In this document: positions 63,336-64,000 of the stretch, piece after piece
Layout of the letters: every line of letters starts with the position of its first letter
Position numbering within the stretch: position 1 is the stretch's first letter
Origin: Centroscyllium fabricii
Lineage: Eukaryota
Direction of reading: 5' to 3'
Length of the DNA stretch: 64,000 bases
Assembly (NCBI GenBank): GCA_051313645.2
Contig: JBNRSN020000012.1
Location: 36,518,001-36,582,000 of the forward strand
Made by a program: the position numbers and the translations under genes
Notes under the pieces: generated by a model
Database searches by the model: none
Seen by the model: the letters and a program-made list of their open reading frames with translations, nothing else
What the model was told of the DNA's origin: nothing

Positions 63336-63482
63336 ATAGTCCAACCCCCTTGCAATAAAAGCCAACTTACCATTTGCCTTCCTAACTGCTTCCTGTAAAT
63401 GCATGGTAACTCTCTTTGTTTCCTGCATGAGGACGCCTAAATCTCTCTGAACAGCAACATTTAATAGTTTCTCACCATTTAA

Positions 63483-63865
63483 AGTGCTGTAGCAGGGGCA
63501 GAAACCTGATTGGAGGGATTCAAACATGGAGTTGCGGGAAAGATGGGCACAGATTTGGGAGGCGACAACACGGCCAAGGACTTTGGAAAGGAAAGGGAAG
63601 TTGGAGATGGGCGGTAATTTGCAAGGACAGGGAGGTCAAGGGTGTTTTTTTGAGGAGAGTGGTGATGACGGCAGATTTGAAAGGGGAGGATGACGGTACC
63701 AGATGAGAGGGAACCATTAACAATATTAACTAACATGGGGGCCAGGAAGGGAAGTTGAATGGTAAGCAGTTTGGTGTCAATAGGGTCGAAGGAGCAGGAG
63801 GCGGATCTCAAGCACAAGATGAGAGGTCATGTGGGGAGATAGGAGAGAAACTAGAGAAAGATGCT
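63483..63865 (-). mobile_element. L2 LINE fragment
   Basis: DPI.TKLL..QLPFLAPML, ANYRP. Confidence 0.8.
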
Positions 63866-63927
63866 GGGGGTTCCTAAGGCTTGGCTCTTGCCAACCCGTG
63901 CCTATGGGCTTAGGGGTATGTGTCACT

Positions 63928-64000
63928 GTAAGAAGTCACACACCAGATTATAGTCCAACAGTTTTATTTGAAATCACAAGCTTTCGGAGCGCTGCTCCTT
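63928..64000. mobile_element. Start of another Penelope-derived mini-element, cut by the window edge
   Basis: Matches 40131-40208. Confidence 0.75.

Overview
Repeat-dense vertebrate genomic DNA, most likely a cartilaginous fish (shark-like), inferred from many HE1-type V-SINEs that share their 3' tail with CR1/HER1-type LINEs. Almost all of the window is layered mobile DNA: CR1, L2, RTE and Rex1/Babar LINEs, tRNA- and 5S-derived SINEs, Penelope elements with hammerhead motifs, TIR MITEs, five solo LTRs and four full-length Ty3/Gypsy LTR retrotransposons. One of the four (CsRn1 clade) is nested inside another. The main observation concerns two diverged Gypsy elements (18747-27763 minus; 33828-38983 plus). 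Both have a YLDN RT motif instead of YxDD and no tRNA primer-binding site. At the PBS position each carries a 13-14 nt sequence complementary to the AATAAA region of its own LTR, and the pairing covaries between the elements, suggesting tRNA-independent self-priming or poly(A)-signal occlusion. Three Gypsy elements also carry in-frame tandem arrays of the YY1 consensus in or just after gag. Host genes appear only as a few unassigned, low-confidence candidate exons. All calls were made by eye; boundaries without a TSD are approximate.
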